NCBI GenBank assembly: GCA_964476585.1
Contig: CAYZBF010000002.1
Span: forward strand, 2,354-66,353
Length of the DNA stretch: 64,000 bases
From: an uncultured bacterium
GTDB lineage: Bacteria > Hydrothermota > UBA3072
Direction of reading: 5' to 3'
In this document: piece after piece, positions 36,242 through 46,211 of the stretch
Layout of the letters: every line of letters begins with the position of its first letter
How positions within the stretch are numbered: the first letter of the stretch is position 1
The notes under the pieces: generated by a model
Databases searched by the model: none
Seen by the model: the letters and a program-made list of their open reading frames with translations, nothing else
What the model was told of the DNA's origin: nothing
Made by a program: the position numbers and the translations under genes

Positions 36242-37897
36242 ATGATAAAATCAAACACTTTGAAAGGCAGAATATCCATCCTGATGGTAAGCAGCTTAAT
36301 AGGCATAACTGTCCTAATTGGAGTTATATCATTTTTCTCCACACGTTCCAACTTCAGAACGCTCTTGGAAGAAAGAGCAGCTGCTATAATTCAGGCAATA
36401 GGCCCTACACTGGAACTTGGTCTATACGCAGAAAATCTTGCACTCTTAGAACCTCCAATTAAAGGCCTTTTTGGTCAAGAAGATATTATATATAGCTCTG
36501 CATATAACCTTTCGGGAATTAATCTAATTCAAAAGAGTGAAATCGATTTTGATCTTGAATTAAGTAAAGAACTTTTAGAAAGAGTTAAACAGGGAGAATT
36601 TATTAGCCAATTAAGGAAAGTAAAGGGGCAATCATTCCTTGATTGCCTAGGTCCCATCTATCCTCTGGAGATTACAGGCAAAAAACAACCAATTGGAATA
36701 TTAAGAATTGGAATATCTCTAAAGGCCATATCCTCCGCTATGCAAAGATTGACCTTAATTCTGGGCATCTCACTTATTGCTGCATTAGTATTAGCAAGTT
36801 TAGCAACAACCCGATCCCTTATCATACTCTTCAGGCCTCTTTATGATTTAAAGGAAAGATTGAAACAAATATCTGAAGGTACCGTAGACCTCAAGGTCCG
36901 ATTATCTGAAAATACATTGACTACTGAGACCGATGAACTTGCATCCTCGTTTAATAGATTTGTTCAAACCCTACAAAAAAACAAAGAATTTACCCAAGAT
37001 GTCTCAGAACGAATGTCAGCTCAAGCAGAAGAACTATCAGCCTCAGCAGAGCAAATGAGTGCCTCATATGAAGAGATTTCCTCCACTATGCAACAGGTAG
37101 CTCTATCTTCTGACAAACAAGCAGCAGAATCACAAACTGCCTCCGAGATGGCACGGAAAGCGCTCCATGTCGTTCATCAATCATTTGATAGTGCACAGGA
37201 GACACTAAAATCCTCAGATACTATCTCTCTATTATCACAGAAAGGAGGGGAATCAGCAAAAGAAGTGCGATTAGCCATGGATAACGTAACCAACATTATA
37301 TATGAATTAGAGGATGTCACTCAACAAATCCAGAAACGCTCGGAAGAGATATCTGGCATTACAGAAACAGTGGGCGAGATTAGTAAGAGAACCAACGTGC
37401 TATCTCTTAATGCCACAATTGAAGCTTCAAAGGCAGGAGAAACTGGAAAGGGCTTTGCTGTGGTTGCAGAAGAAATCAGAAAACTGGCAACCCAATCTTC
37501 CGAATCAGCTAGAAAGATCTCTGAGATATTGGGTGAGGTCACCGGCGTGATAGATTCGTTAATTATGAAAACAGAGGAAACAATTGAAGAAGTGAAAAAA
37601 GGGAAGGAGATCTCATTAAAGTCAGCAGATTTCTTAAAGAATATTGCAGGCGAGATAAGCCATGTAACAAAGAGAATCAAGGAAATAACAATAATCAACA
37701 AACAAGGAGAAGAAGAGGTCAACACTATAACCGAAGCTATTGAAAATATTGCAGCTATCGCAGAAGAGAATGCTGCTTCATCAGAAGAAATTTCAGCGGC
37801 AATCCAGCAATTGTCAGCTTCTATTCAAGAATTATCAGCAACCTCCCAAGAGACTGCTCAGATAGCTGAAAAACTTTATAAATTGACAAGCAACTAA
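36242..37897 (+). CDS. methyl-accepting chemotaxis protein (2 TM, periplasmic sensor, HAMP, MCP signalling domain)
   Basis: Highly conserved MCP signalling core ATIEASKAGETGKGFAVVAEEIRKLA. Confidence 0.85.
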   Translation: MIKSNTLKGRISILMVSSLIGITVLIGVISFFSTRSNFRTLLEERAAAIIQAIGPTLELGLYAENLALLEPPIKGLFGQEDIIYSSAYNLSGINLIQKSEIDFDLELSKELLERVKQGEFISQLRKVKGQSFLDCLGPIYPLEITGKKQPIGILRIGISLKAISSAMQRLTLILGISLIAALVLASLATTRSLIILFRPLYDLKERLKQISEGTVDLKVRLSENTLTTETDELASSFNRFVQTLQKNKEFTQDVSERMSAQAEELSASAEQMSASYEEISSTMQQVALSSDKQAAESQTASEMARKALHVVHQSFDSAQETLKSSDTISLLSQKGGESAKEVRLAMDNVTNIIYELEDVTQQIQKRSEEISGITETVGEISKRTNVLSLNATIEASKAGETGKGFAVVAEEIRKLATQSSESARKISEILGEVTGVIDSLIMKTEETIEEVKKGKEISLKSADFLKNIAGEISHVTKRIKEITIINKQGEEEVNTITEAIENIAAIAEENAASSEEISAAIQQLSASIQELSATSQETAQIAEKLYKLTSN

Positions 37898-39090
37898 TGA
37901 ATAACTTAATTGGTCTAGTATATGTTTTACTTTCAAGCCTCACTCTCTACCTAATATCCTTACCATTACTAAAACGGCTAAAAGGGGGAAGGCGAGAAAT
38001 AATAAAATATTCACTATTCCCACTCTTTGTCATTTTGTTCAGTTACCTATTCAGTAATTTAGGATTATTCAACCCTGCCTATAGAGGAGTCCTTGCCTTT
38101 TTCTCTTCATATTTATTCATCTTTCTTTTTCTGCTCTCGATAATGATCAACATTCGGGGAGGAAAAATTACCTGGTTAAATATCCTTGTTATTGGATCTC
38201 TCATCCTCATCATTGCTCTCCTGCATAAACTCGGGGTAATTACACCAGTATTTCTTTTCCTTAAAAAGCCAATAGTAAGTATTGGAAGCACTCAAATAAG
38301 TTTAATAGATATATTTCTCGCAACTATAATATTCTACTTATCGATTAGATACTCCCAGAATGTAAGAGAGTTGCTGGAGAAAAGATTAAGGAGATTTCCG
38401 GCTATGGACTTAGGAAGAATCCATATCTTTTCTATGATAGTTAGATATGGAATTATTGTTGTTGGAATATTCATAGCATTATCCATTGTCGGTATAGACC
38501 TTACCACCCTTAAGGTTTTAATAGGTGCGCTCGGAGTTGGTATAGGATTTGGATTACAGCACATGGTAAACAACCTGCTAAGCGGTTTTATCATCCTCTC
38601 CGATAAATCCATAGTGGTGAATGATTTGATAGAGGTGGATGGGTTACTCGGATGGGTTGAGGCTGTAGGGCTCCGAGCAACTATAATAAGAACCTTCAAC
38701 AATGTAGAAGTAATAGTTCCAAATGCAGAGCTTGTTTATAATAAAGTAACCAATTACACCCATTCAGATAATCTAATTAGAATTGATATTCCTGTTGGTG
38801 TTTCCTACACTTCTGACCCAAACAGAGTAAAAGAAGTGCTGATTGAAGCACTTTCTCCATTAAAAGAAAGAGTGGAAAAATCTTCCATTGACGTTTATTT
38901 CAATGATTTTGGAGAGAGTTCACTTGACTTCATCGCGTTTATATGGACTGACCAACCTCTTAAGAAAAAGAAGATTGAGAGTGATGCCCGATTTGCTATA
39001 TGGAAGGCATTAAAGGAAAACAACGTTGAAATCCCATTTCCTCAACAGGATATTCATATCAGAGATAGTAAATCAGAAATTAATTCATAA
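37897..39090 (+). CDS. MscS-family mechanosensitive channel
   Basis: Multiple N-terminal TM helices; conserved MscS beta-domain region GLRATIIRTFNNVEVIVPNAEL. 1-nt TAATG overlap with the MCP gene. Confidence 0.85.
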   Translation: MNNLIGLVYVLLSSLTLYLISLPLLKRLKGGRREIIKYSLFPLFVILFSYLFSNLGLFNPAYRGVLAFFSSYLFIFLFLLSIMINIRGGKITWLNILVIGSLILIIALLHKLGVITPVFLFLKKPIVSIGSTQISLIDIFLATIIFYLSIRYSQNVRELLEKRLRRFPAMDLGRIHIFSMIVRYGIIVVGIFIALSIVGIDLTTLKVLIGALGVGIGFGLQHMVNNLLSGFIILSDKSIVVNDLIEVDGLLGWVEAVGLRATIIRTFNNVEVIVPNAELVYNKVTNYTHSDNLIRIDIPVGVSYTSDPNRVKEVLIEALSPLKERVEKSSIDVYFNDFGESSLDFIAFIWTDQPLKKKKIESDARFAIWKALKENNVEIPFPQQDIHIRDSKSEINS

Positions 39091-39135
39091 ATGGTTTTTC
39101 TCCATAAAGCCTTAGGGAAATTTGAAATTGTAATC

Positions 39136-39717
39136 TCATCCTTTTTCTTCTAATATCTTCTCCCATACCCTTCGTGCCGATTTTCTTAGTTCTTTAACGC
39201 TTCCATTATTTTCAACTATGAAATCTGCGTATTTCCTCGCTTTTCTTAGATTCATCTGGGAGTTTAATCTCCCTTTAATGATTTCATCAGAGATTCCAAG
39301 TCTTTTCAGCCTGGCTCGTAGGACTTTCGGTTTTGAATCCACCAAGATGATATAATCAAACCAATCCTCTATCCCCCATTCAAAAATCAGGGCCGCATCA
39401 ATAACGACTATATTATGTGCACTTTTATCAATGGCTTCTTTTAGCATTCCGAGTAAAATAGGATGAACTATCTTGTTTAGTTCCTCTAACTTTTCACTGT
39501 CTTTAAATACAATCTCTCCCAACCTCTTTCTATCTACCTCTCCACCACTTATTATTTCTTCTCCGAAGGTTTCTTTGAGTTTTTTTACTACGTATTGATT
39601 TTGAAGTACTTCCCATCCAATACAGTCAGCAGCTATTACAAATCCATCCCACTCCTCAAAGAATCCGGCAACAAGACTCTTCCCTGCACCGGTATTTCCA
39701 GTAATACCTATAACCAT
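39136..39717 (-). CDS. coaE: dephospho-CoA kinase
   Basis: MVIGITGNTGAGKS P-loop; CoaE-size (193 aa). Confidence 0.85.
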   Translation of the reverse strand: MVIGITGNTGAGKSLVAGFFEEWDGFVIAADCIGWEVLQNQYVVKKLKETFGEEIISGGEVDRKRLGEIVFKDSEKLEELNKIVHPILLGMLKEAIDKSAHNIVVIDAALIFEWGIEDWFDYIILVDSKPKVLRARLKRLGISDEIIKGRLNSQMNLRKARKYADFIVENNGSVKELRKSARRVWEKILEEKG

Positions 39718-39876
39718 AGTTTATTATATGTATCAAACTCAATTATCGCAAGATTTTTCTATTGACTCACGACACACAACTGATGACTTCCGACTATTTC
39801 ATCCTTAATTTACTCACTAACCCGTTCATCCACTTGACTTTTATACCTTTAATATCTAACTTTAAATGGTGACAAG

Positions 39877-42800
39877 ATGCGAAAATTTATAATGTTCATC
39901 CTTTTTATAGGTTCTTTACTCCTTTCTGGAGAATCTCTTATTATAAATATTTTCTCTCCGGATTACAGAATTAAAACGATTGGAGAATATGAATATATAT
40001 TCACCAGGGATGGAGATCATATACTAAAATTAGGGGCTCCAGAATTACCGGTCTGCAGAGAAAAAATATTGCTTCCTTCGAATGCAAAAAATATTGAACT
40101 TAATATAAAGAGTATAGAACAGGAAATTCTTTCTGATTCTTATTACCTACCTCCTGTTCAGAAACCTGCAATTCTCTCAAATATCAATTTCAAAGTTCCT
40201 GAAAGAGTAGATGAAGATCCGATTGTTTATAACTCGAGTGGACCATTCCCTGAAAAAATTGTAGAGTTAAAAGGGGTTGGTAATCTCAGGGGAATGCAAA
40301 GCTGTGATATCATATACCATCCCTTTCAGTGGATACCAAACAAAAGAAAACTCATCTATAATAAATCAATTGAGTTGGAAATAAACTACTCATTAGAGGG
40401 CTCTCTATCTCAAAGAAAACCTTCCAGAATTGAATCACGGATAAAGAGAACAATCTTTTTAAATAGTCAGGGAAGTAAAGAATATTTAGAAGATGATACA
40501 GTGGGTATCGATTATATAATCATAACAGATTCATCATTTGTGGATGAATTCAAGGCTCTACTTAGATGGAAAAGAGAGAAGGGTCTTCGCTCTCGCATAG
40601 TCACCACCGACAGTATCTATAATAATTACCTTGGCCTTGATCACCAGGAAAGGATAAGAAATTTCATAAAGGATATGTACCAGAACCATAATCTCTTATG
40701 GGTTCTGCTTGGAGGAGACACAGATATCGTACCCTCCAGGATTGCCTATGCTATGAATTCAGAAGCAGGATTTGCTTTGGACGAGGATGACTTACATGCA
40801 GACCTGTACTACTCTGACCTTGATGGGAATTGGAATGAAAATGGACATGTACCATGGGGAGAGATATCTGATTCTGTCGACCTCTATCCAGACGTATTTG
40901 TTGGACGAGCGCCGGTTGATACTGAAGAAGAGGTGAATACTTTCGCAGTCAAAGTAATACGTTACGAAAAAAATCCACCCACAGATTATCTAAATAAAGC
41001 ACTATTTCTTGGAGAAATACTATGGGATGATCCATATACAGACGCTGGAGTTGGAAAGGACAAAATTGACAGTTTATATATTCCCAATTGGATAAACCTC
41101 ACCAAACTCTACGAATCGCTTAATAACGAGCGTTCTGAGGAAGTGGCAAATTCAATTAATGATGGACAAAACCTTATCAATCATGATGGACACGCATGGT
41201 ATAACTGTATGGGAATGGGCGAGGATTATTTCTACCGTTCTGACATGGACGCCCTTGGAAATGGGGACAGTCTTTCCATCCTCTATTCCATCGGGTGCTG
41301 GGCAGGAGCCTTTGACTATGACGCAATATCTGAACACTTCATTAACAATCCAAATGGTGGAGGTGTAGCTTTCATCGGTAACTCCCGATATGGATGGGGG
41401 TCTCCTGGGTATCCTGGATTCGGATATTCAGACCGTTTCGATGCCTCTTTCTTTTCAAATCTATTCGATAAAAAATACACAAATATAGGTCTTGCTCTTG
41501 CCATGACAAAGGCCGATTACATTCCAAGGAGTCGTGAAGAGAACGTATACCGAGTGCATCAATACCAACTCAATCTCCTGGGTGATCCAGAAATGCCCGT
41601 ATGGTTGAACAAACCTTCAAAAATGTTTATAGTAGCACCTGAGGCAATACAGGATAGCATTCCATTCCAAGTAAGGGTTACCGACACCTTGAATGTCCCT
41701 TTAGGAGATGTCCGAATCTGCATTACAAATTTTGATGGAGATTCCAATGGAGTTTCTATCTTAAAACGTTCCTACACAGATGAACTCGGGGACGTCTTAT
41801 TTTCCATTAATTGTCAATATCCCTGTTCCTTACTCATTACTGCAACACTGGATGGATATATACCTGCCCAGAGAACTATAACCCTCACTGCAGATGGATC
41901 TTATCTTTCTTGCATCCAGAAAGATATAAATGAAATATCAGGTAACAATGACGGAATCATAAACCCTGGAGAAGAGATTGATATTGCGTTAGATATGAAA
42001 AATACTGGCAATGAAATCATTGATAGTTTAGACTTACTACTAAATTCAAAAAATTCATCCATTAAGATTACTGACAGTTTGTTCACCTATCCACATTCTC
42101 TTAAACCCGATAGTACTTTCCAGTGCACTTTTTCTTTCAATGTAGATTCCAACCTCACTGCTCAATCTCCTGTCAATTTCGAATTAATTGGAACCTCAGG
42201 GTCTCATTCCTGGATGAATATTTTCTCAGAGATGATAGGCATTCCCAATTTACATATCGTGCTCAGGGGAATATCACTTTATGGAGATGACAGCATACCA
42301 AATGGTAGCGATTATTTAGTATATCATTACAGATTAAAAAATGACGGATATGAAAATGGATTTGGTATACGGGTTATATTCTCCTCACATAATCCATATA
42401 TTACCCTCATAGACTCATTCTCCTATATTGATACTCTTCTCTCTGGAAATGAAATAGCGGAATCGCTTTCTGTATATATCTCCCCTGATATAGTTGAACC
42501 TTATTTAGCCTTCATTCATTCAGATATAACCACACAGGATAATTTTACTTTCAATGATTCCTTTTTGCTAAAAATAGGAGAAACAGGATTTTTTGATAAT
42601 CTTGAATCAGGGACATCGAAGTGGGAACACTATGGAACAAATGATTGTTGGCATTTGAGTGATTACAGAAGTCATTCTGGGGATTCTGCTTTTTACTGTG
42701 GGATTGAATCTAGCCATCAATATATTAATTCAATGGAAGCAGTCCTTAGAACTAAAGCCCTAACAATCTTTCCTCCCTGCACTCTCTCCTTCTATCACTA

Positions 42801-43350
42801 CTATGAATACCCAAACTATGGTAACGATGGTCTCTTTGTGATAATAGAACATGATTTTACTATGGACACGCTTGATTATATTGGGAGTGGTGGAGCACTG
42901 GACTCAACTTACAACATTGGTAATTCCTGGCTTGTTGATAAATACGATTTATCCTATATCAACACATGTGATCCGATTCGACTCTATTTCGTATTTACAT
43001 CCGATAATGATGACCATGCTGAAGGAATGTACATTGATGATATTCGAGTAACGGGTAGTTCTCCTCCCTCAAGTGGTATTCCTACAGAAGAAAGGTGCGC
43101 ATTACAACTCTCCTCCAGTATAATCTATTGCCCTGGATGGGCCTTTATCACCCTGGATGAACCCACTAACATCTCCTTAAAACTATATGACAGAACTGGA
43201 AGATTAATAAAGAAATTAATTGATAATGAATTATACCAGAGAGGAACTCATCCTGTAAAAATACTGAGGAATCTACCTTCAGGAATATATTTCCTTAATC
43301 TTTCAGGGAATAACTTACGAGAAACTCGGAAAATAGTAATATTTCGTTAG
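39877..43350 (+). CDS. secreted C25-family (gingipain-like) cysteine peptidase with T9SS-type C-terminal sorting domain
   Basis: Signal peptide. IDYIIITDSSFVDEFKALLRWKREKGLRSRIVTTDSI matches the C25 N-terminal region, NHDGHAWYN the His region and SIGCWAGAFD the Cys region. The C-terminal ~80 aa (LYDRTGRLIKKL...SGIYFLNL...RKIVIFR) matches the Por/T9SS CTD pattern. Confidence 0.65.
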   Translation: MRKFIMFILFIGSLLLSGESLIINIFSPDYRIKTIGEYEYIFTRDGDHILKLGAPELPVCREKILLPSNAKNIELNIKSIEQEILSDSYYLPPVQKPAILSNINFKVPERVDEDPIVYNSSGPFPEKIVELKGVGNLRGMQSCDIIYHPFQWIPNKRKLIYNKSIELEINYSLEGSLSQRKPSRIESRIKRTIFLNSQGSKEYLEDDTVGIDYIIITDSSFVDEFKALLRWKREKGLRSRIVTTDSIYNNYLGLDHQERIRNFIKDMYQNHNLLWVLLGGDTDIVPSRIAYAMNSEAGFALDEDDLHADLYYSDLDGNWNENGHVPWGEISDSVDLYPDVFVGRAPVDTEEEVNTFAVKVIRYEKNPPTDYLNKALFLGEILWDDPYTDAGVGKDKIDSLYIPNWINLTKLYESLNNERSEEVANSINDGQNLINHDGHAWYNCMGMGEDYFYRSDMDALGNGDSLSILYSIGCWAGAFDYDAISEHFINNPNGGGVAFIGNSRYGWGSPGYPGFGYSDRFDASFFSNLFDKKYTNIGLALAMTKADYIPRSREENVYRVHQYQLNLLGDPEMPVWLNKPSKMFIVAPEAIQDSIPFQVRVTDTLNVPLGDVRICITNFDGDSNGVSILKRSYTDELGDVLFSINCQYPCSLLITATLDGYIPAQRTITLTADGSYLSCIQKDINEISGNNDGIINPGEEIDIALDMKNTGNEIIDSLDLLLNSKNSSIKITDSLFTYPHSLKPDSTFQCTFSFNVDSNLTAQSPVNFELIGTSGSHSWMNIFSEMIGIPNLHIVLRGISLYGDDSIPNGSDYLVYHYRLKNDGYENGFGIRVIFSSHNPYITLIDSFSYIDTLLSGNEIAESLSVYISPDIVEPYLAFIHSDITTQDNFTFNDSFLLKIGETGFFDNLESGTSKWEHYGTNDCWHLSDYRSHSGDSAFYCGIESSHQYINSMEAVLRTKALTIFPPCTLSFYHYYEYPNYGNDGLFVIIEHDFTMDTLDYIGSGGALDSTYNIGNSWLVDKYDLSYINTCDPIRLYFVFTSDNDDHAEGMYIDDIRVTGSSPPSSGIPTEERCALQLSSSIIYCPGWAFITLDEPTNISLKLYDRTGRLIKKLIDNELYQRGTHPVKILRNLPSGIYFLNLSGNNLRETRKIVIFR

Positions 43351-43406
43351 TTTACCAAGAAAAATTCTACGGGAAGAGACGAACAAAGTGAGCCGAGAAA
43401 GCCCAT

Positions 43407-44387
43407 TCACTGCTCAAGTATAAAATCCAGTGCTTTCCCAATCTCCTTCTCAGGATCGCCAGGGAAGGCATGTCCCACATTTGGAAAGACCTTAAGGTGA
43501 ACCTTAATCCCATAATCCTCCAATAATTCCTTTGCTCGTTGGTTCCCTTTGAGTCTTTCTTCTCTTTCCTTACCACCAATCATTATATAAAATCTCAATT
43601 TCTCACCTTTTAGTTTATCAAAGTGTTCTTTTAATCCTTCCTCATCAAAACCTCCAGCAATTGGGATTGCTCCCTTAAATAGTGCTGGATTCCTGATTGC
43701 AATGGAAAAGGTCCGGCTTCCACCCTGTGAATAACCGGCAAGGATAACATTTGAGATGTCAACAGAATATTTTCTAATTATATTCAGAGTCTCTCTTATT
43801 ATCTTTTTTTCCACCTTCAAGACATCCCCCCATCCAAAACTACTTAAGCCAAAAACCTCTGTTCCGTAAGGAACTATATAAATAAATCCGTTTTCAGTGA
43901 AGAACTCGGCAAGGTCACCGATAAAACTACGAGGCGAAGCCCCGTAGCCATGAAGCATTGTGAGAACCGGATAGCTTTTAGTTGAATCGTAATCCGGGGG
44001 AATAAAAATATATGATGGCCACTCTTTACTCCTTGCCCCTTTTAGAAGAGACTCCGCCTTTATTTCAAGTTCCTTAAACTTTTCTGTTTCTCTTATATTA
44101 TCAAAGTCACGATCTCCTGAAAAACTATATGTCCCGAGTTCAATGGTTTTTTCAATCCAAGTTATTGCAGAATCTTTCATATCCAAAAGAGAATAACAAC
44201 ATGCAATATTATATGCTACTGGAGCATCGGTGGTGTCAAGGGCTAACGCCTTTTTAAAGTCTATTATAGCCTCTCCGTAATTACCCTCAGTATAGGCAGT
44301 CATACCATTTCTAACATATTCGCGCCTGAGTTCCATAACATCGGGCTCTCCTGCCATAGAGAAAAGTAAAAAAGCAAGTACAATCAT
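43407..44387 (-). CDS. secreted TPR-repeat plus alpha/beta-hydrolase (carboxylesterase/dienelactone-hydrolase-like) protein
   Basis: Signal peptide, TPR-like N-terminal region, GYSQGG nucleophile elbow. Confidence 0.6.
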   Translation of the reverse strand: MIVLAFLLFSMAGEPDVMELRREYVRNGMTAYTEGNYGEAIIDFKKALALDTTDAPVAYNIACCYSLLDMKDSAITWIEKTIELGTYSFSGDRDFDNIRETEKFKELEIKAESLLKGARSKEWPSYIFIPPDYDSTKSYPVLTMLHGYGASPRSFIGDLAEFFTENGFIYIVPYGTEVFGLSSFGWGDVLKVEKKIIRETLNIIRKYSVDISNVILAGYSQGGSRTFSIAIRNPALFKGAIPIAGGFDEEGLKEHFDKLKGEKLRFYIMIGGKEREERLKGNQRAKELLEDYGIKVHLKVFPNVGHAFPGDPEKEIGKALDFILEQ

Positions 44388-44458
44388 TTATTCCCTCCTT
44401 TTATACTCTCTAAGATGAAATTTATTCTGCTCACCAACTCACTAACTGTCCAACTATT

Positions 44459-45433
44459 TTATGCAAATCGTATTTTAAGGACATCTCCGTCCTTTACAAT
44501 ATAATCCTTACCAACAAGATGAACGAGACCTTTATCCTTTGCTTCCTTCTCACCCCCAACATCTATAAGTTTATCCACTGATACTACTTCGGCTTTAATA
44601 AAACCTTTCTCCATATCAGAGTGTATCTTCCCTGCTGCCGCTAATGCACTTTCTCCCTCTTCTAATCTCCATCCCCTGACTTCCTTTTCCCCTATAGTGA
44701 AGAAAGTAATCAATCCAATTTCAGAATAGAGAGCCTTGACCACTCGATCTATGGCACTTTCTTCCATTCCATATAAATCCATATACTCCTTTCTCTCATC
44801 CGCATCCAACTCCTGTAGGTCAGCTTCCAGCTTGCCTTTGAAAACCAGGGATGGGATTCCAATATCATCTATAGAAAAGACGAAGTCTTTTTCTTCCTGT
44901 TTTTCTGATATATTAATAACAGCAAACATTGGTGCGAAAGTAAATAGACTATAACTCTTAAGAACCTTTTCTTCCATAAGTGGAGAATCTATAAGCCGAA
45001 TTCCCTCCTTAAGGAAATTTAACCCCTTCTCCAAGAGTTTCTCTTCCCTCTCATGTTCCTTTTTATGTTCTTTTTTTATTGCCTTCAATCGTTTCTCGAT
45101 CACATCCTGATCAGATATAATCATATCTGCTTCAATATTAGCACAGACTCGGACAGGCTCTTCTCCAAAGAATGCACCGATTACAAGTAAATATGCGTCA
45201 GAAGTCCTAATCAATTCATTCTTTGGATCAAACATCCCGGCGTCCAATATATCCAACCTCGATGATATCTTTTTCTTCTCGGGGTAAAGTGAATGCAGTC
45301 TATCCAGTCGAGGATCCGAAACCTCAACCACACCGACACCAACAGCTTCTCTATGCCCTTCCTCTATTCCCGTAAGGCTCTTAAATATAACACTCTTTCC
45401 ACTACCGCGATTACCTATTATTCCAACCTTCAT
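44459..45433 (-). CDS. YchF/OLA1-like NTPase paralog with degenerate P-loop and C-terminal TGS domain
   Basis: VSDPRLDRL, KIHSDMEKGFIKAEV and GKDYIVKDGDVLKIRF match YchF. The P-loop is GNRGSGKS instead of GxPNVGKST. Confidence 0.7.
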   Translation of the reverse strand: MKVGIIGNRGSGKSVIFKSLTGIEEGHREAVGVGVVEVSDPRLDRLHSLYPEKKKISSRLDILDAGMFDPKNELIRTSDAYLLVIGAFFGEEPVRVCANIEADMIISDQDVIEKRLKAIKKEHKKEHEREEKLLEKGLNFLKEGIRLIDSPLMEEKVLKSYSLFTFAPMFAVINISEKQEEKDFVFSIDDIGIPSLVFKGKLEADLQELDADERKEYMDLYGMEESAIDRVVKALYSEIGLITFFTIGEKEVRGWRLEEGESALAAAGKIHSDMEKGFIKAEVVSVDKLIDVGGEKEAKDKGLVHLVGKDYIVKDGDVLKIRFA

Positions 45434-46211
45434 ACTTATCCTCTCTCCTATCCTGGAAAAGATCGTTAAATTCCGTTACCTTCTTATCCCGAGCTTCTTC
45501 CGGGTCAATGCTAATCGAAAAAAGGCCTTCCTCTTTCCTGCCTACCTTCAAGACTACCTCGCCCTTTGGATTAATAACTTCACTTCCCCCGGTGAACTCA
45601 TTCCTCATACCCTCTCTCTCTTCAACACCTGTCCTATTGGCAAGGACAATAAACACTTTATTCTCGATTGCCCTTGTTCTTGCGGCCTCTTGATAATAGG
45701 GGAGTATGAGATTTGTTGAATGAAGTATGAGGAGCGCCCCTTTTAGTGCAAGGGTTCTCATAGCCTCCGGGAAAATCCAGTCAAAACAAACAAGAAGCCC
45801 TACTCTTAAGCCATCAACCTCAAATATTGGAAAACCCTTATCGCCCTCTTTGAACACCTCTTTCTCCTTATAAAAAAGGTGAACCTTTCTGTATACACCT
45901 ATGACACCTTCTCCAGAGAGAAGGACACTGGAATTATAAATATTTTTCCATTCCCTCTCAAGGAAACCCACAGCCATTGTTGTGTTAAACTCCCCGGCTA
46001 TATCAATGAGATTTTTTATAAGTACTCCTCCAATCTCCTCACTATAGGGATATGCCTCTTCATAGCTTTTAAAGGTGTATCCGGTTAAAGCAAGTTCTGG
46101 AAGAACCACAATATGGGGTGGCTTTGACATTCTAATAATTTCCTTAATCCGCGCTAAATTTGAATCCGGATCTGCAAAGACTGGAGAAAACTGCAAAAAC
46201 CCCACATCCAT
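45411..46211 (-). CDS. carbon-nitrogen hydrolase (nitrilase superfamily) amidase
   Basis: Glu (LPEL), Lys (RKVHLF) and Cys (LLVCFDWIFPE) catalytic-triad regions. Confidence 0.8.
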   Translation of the reverse strand: MDVGFLQFSPVFADPDSNLARIKEIIRMSKPPHIVVLPELALTGYTFKSYEEAYPYSEEIGGVLIKNLIDIAGEFNTTMAVGFLEREWKNIYNSSVLLSGEGVIGVYRKVHLFYKEKEVFKEGDKGFPIFEVDGLRVGLLVCFDWIFPEAMRTLALKGALLILHSTNLILPYYQEAARTRAIENKVFIVLANRTGVEEREGMRNEFTGGSEVINPKGEVVLKVGRKEEGLFSISIDPEEARDKKVTEFNDLFQDRREDKYEGWNNR

